The translations under genes and the position numbers were made by a program. From Myxococcota bacterium (lineage in GTDB: Bacteria > Myxococcota > JACRCW01), in contig JBFMGU010000238.1 of assembly GCA_040752415.1 (NCBI GenBank), positions 1 through 16,481 of the forward strand: a stretch of 16,481 nt of DNA, in the 5' to 3' direction. The notes under the pieces were generated by a model. That model was not told where the DNA came from. It saw nothing but the letters and a program-made list of their open reading frames with translations, and did not search any database. Shown here in pieces: positions 15,515-16,481 of the stretch. Within the stretch, counting starts at the first letter, position 1, and the number at the start of each line of letters is the position of its first letter.

Positions 15515-16071
15515 ATGGTTGCCGTCACGCCCTTTGCGCTCGAGCCCGCGCCCCCCGACGAAGACCAGCGGGTCATCCTGCGTGGCGTCAGTTGGATGCT
15601 CTACGAGATCCTGCTCGCAGCTCGCGGCGACTCCGCCGTCCCGCGCATGACCTATCTGAACGGAGCGCTTGAGCTCATGCGCCCGTCCATCAGCCACGAG
15701 GAAATCAAGAAGCGGATCGCCCGCATGGTGGAGGCGTAGGCGGTTCACGTCGGCAAGGACCTGAATGGGTACGGCTCCTGGACCCTGAAGGACGCGTCCA
15801 CCGAGCGCGGCCTGGAACCTGACGAGTGCTACGTCGTCGGTAGCGGCAGCGATGTTCCCGACATTGCCATCGAGGTGGTGTGGACGCGCGGTGGATCTGG
15901 GAGAAGGGCGTCATCACCCCCTGCGTCTTGCGGAAGGAGGGGTACCAACCTGTCTCTCGCAGTGAGGTGCTGCCGGAGCTGGACCTCGCGTTGCTCGCGC
16001 GCTTTGTCGAGGAGAGCAGTCAGGCCCGCGCCGTTCGTGCCTACCTCGACGCGCTGAAGGCCGCCGGCTGA
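15515..16071 (+). pseudogene. Uma2 family endonuclease pseudogene (internal TAG + frameshifting deletion)
   Basis: VILRGVSW..Y, RMTYLNGALELMRPSISHE, then TAG at 15737-15739. The frame continues GYGSWTLK..RGLEPDECY..PDIAIEVVWTRGG. The C-terminus (WIWEKG...RSEVLPELDLALLARFV) lies in another frame from about 15892. Confidence 0.85.
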
Positions 16072-16078
16072 CCAGGCA

Positions 16079-16481
16079 TCACGGCGTCGTCGTCGTCCGC
16101 GCGGGGCCGCTCAGGAGCGCGCGGGCGGCACCGGTCACGCGCTCGGCGTAACCGGCGTTGTCGGGACGGTCGCGCAGGCGCACGTAGCCCTGCTCGTCGA
16201 TGACCAGCGTGGTGAACGTGCCAATGCCCAACGGACGCACAAGCGCGCCGCCGCTGGGGTCGAACACCAGGCGCTGGTCCAGCCCGAACTCCTGCGCCCA
16301 CGACGTGCTGGCCGACCCGTACGCCACATTCACCACCGGCAGCCCCACGTCCATCCCGCCACGCGCTTCCAGCGCCTTGCTCGCCTCGAACGCGGGCATG
16401 CAGTCCTGGCACCCCTGCAACCACACCTGGATGACCGCGGGCGTGCTCATGGGCAGCGTCACGGGGCCACCGGGGCCCTGC
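16079..16481 (-). CDS. Thioredoxin-fold (TlpA/ResA-like) protein, 5' end probably outside the window
   Basis: PAVIQVWLQGCQDC (CxxC), VVNVA, LVFDPSG and TTLVIDEQG. The frame stays open to the window edge. Confidence 0.7.
   Translation of the reverse strand, partial: QGPGGPVTLPMSTPAVIQVWLQGCQDCMPAFEASKALEARGGMDVGLPVVNVAYGSASTSWAQEFGLDQRLVFDPSGGALVRPLGIGTFTTLVIDEQGYVRLRDRPDNAGYAERVTGAARALLSGPARTTTTP

Noticed and set aside
15737..15739. TAG as a pyrrolysine or read-through codon
   Set aside because: The same gene also has a frameshifting deletion, TAG is used as a normal stop at 15498-15500, and no pyl genes are visible.

Overview
High-GC bacterial DNA. The lipoprotein style and the tandem Uma2 genes suggest Myxococcota, but that is inference. 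The left ~9.7 kb is a minus-strand catabolic cluster resembling the anaerobic purine/uric-acid degradation locus (xdh/ygfK/ssnA type). It contains a fused [2Fe-2S]+Mo xanthine-dehydrogenase-family enzyme, a threonine-synthase-family PLP enzyme, an SsnA-like amidohydrolase, a YgfK homologue and a D-aminoacylase-family hydrolase. The cluster is atypical in three ways. The YgfK homologue lacks its whole central FAD/NAD(P)H module. No FAD subunit gene sits next to the Mo enzyme. ThrC-like and D-aminoacylase-like genes occur where DpaL and HyuA/YgeY would be expected. An antisense RHH-antitoxin/PIN-toxin pair, with a visible leaderless promoter and tandem palindromic operators, splits the cluster. 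The right part holds a Cys-rich lipoprotein, an MBL-fold/DUF4336-like protein, an intergenic duplicated 31-bp hairpin repeat, a SWIM-SNF2 helicase, one intact and one doubly broken Uma2 nuclease gene, and the 3' part of a thioredoxin-fold gene.
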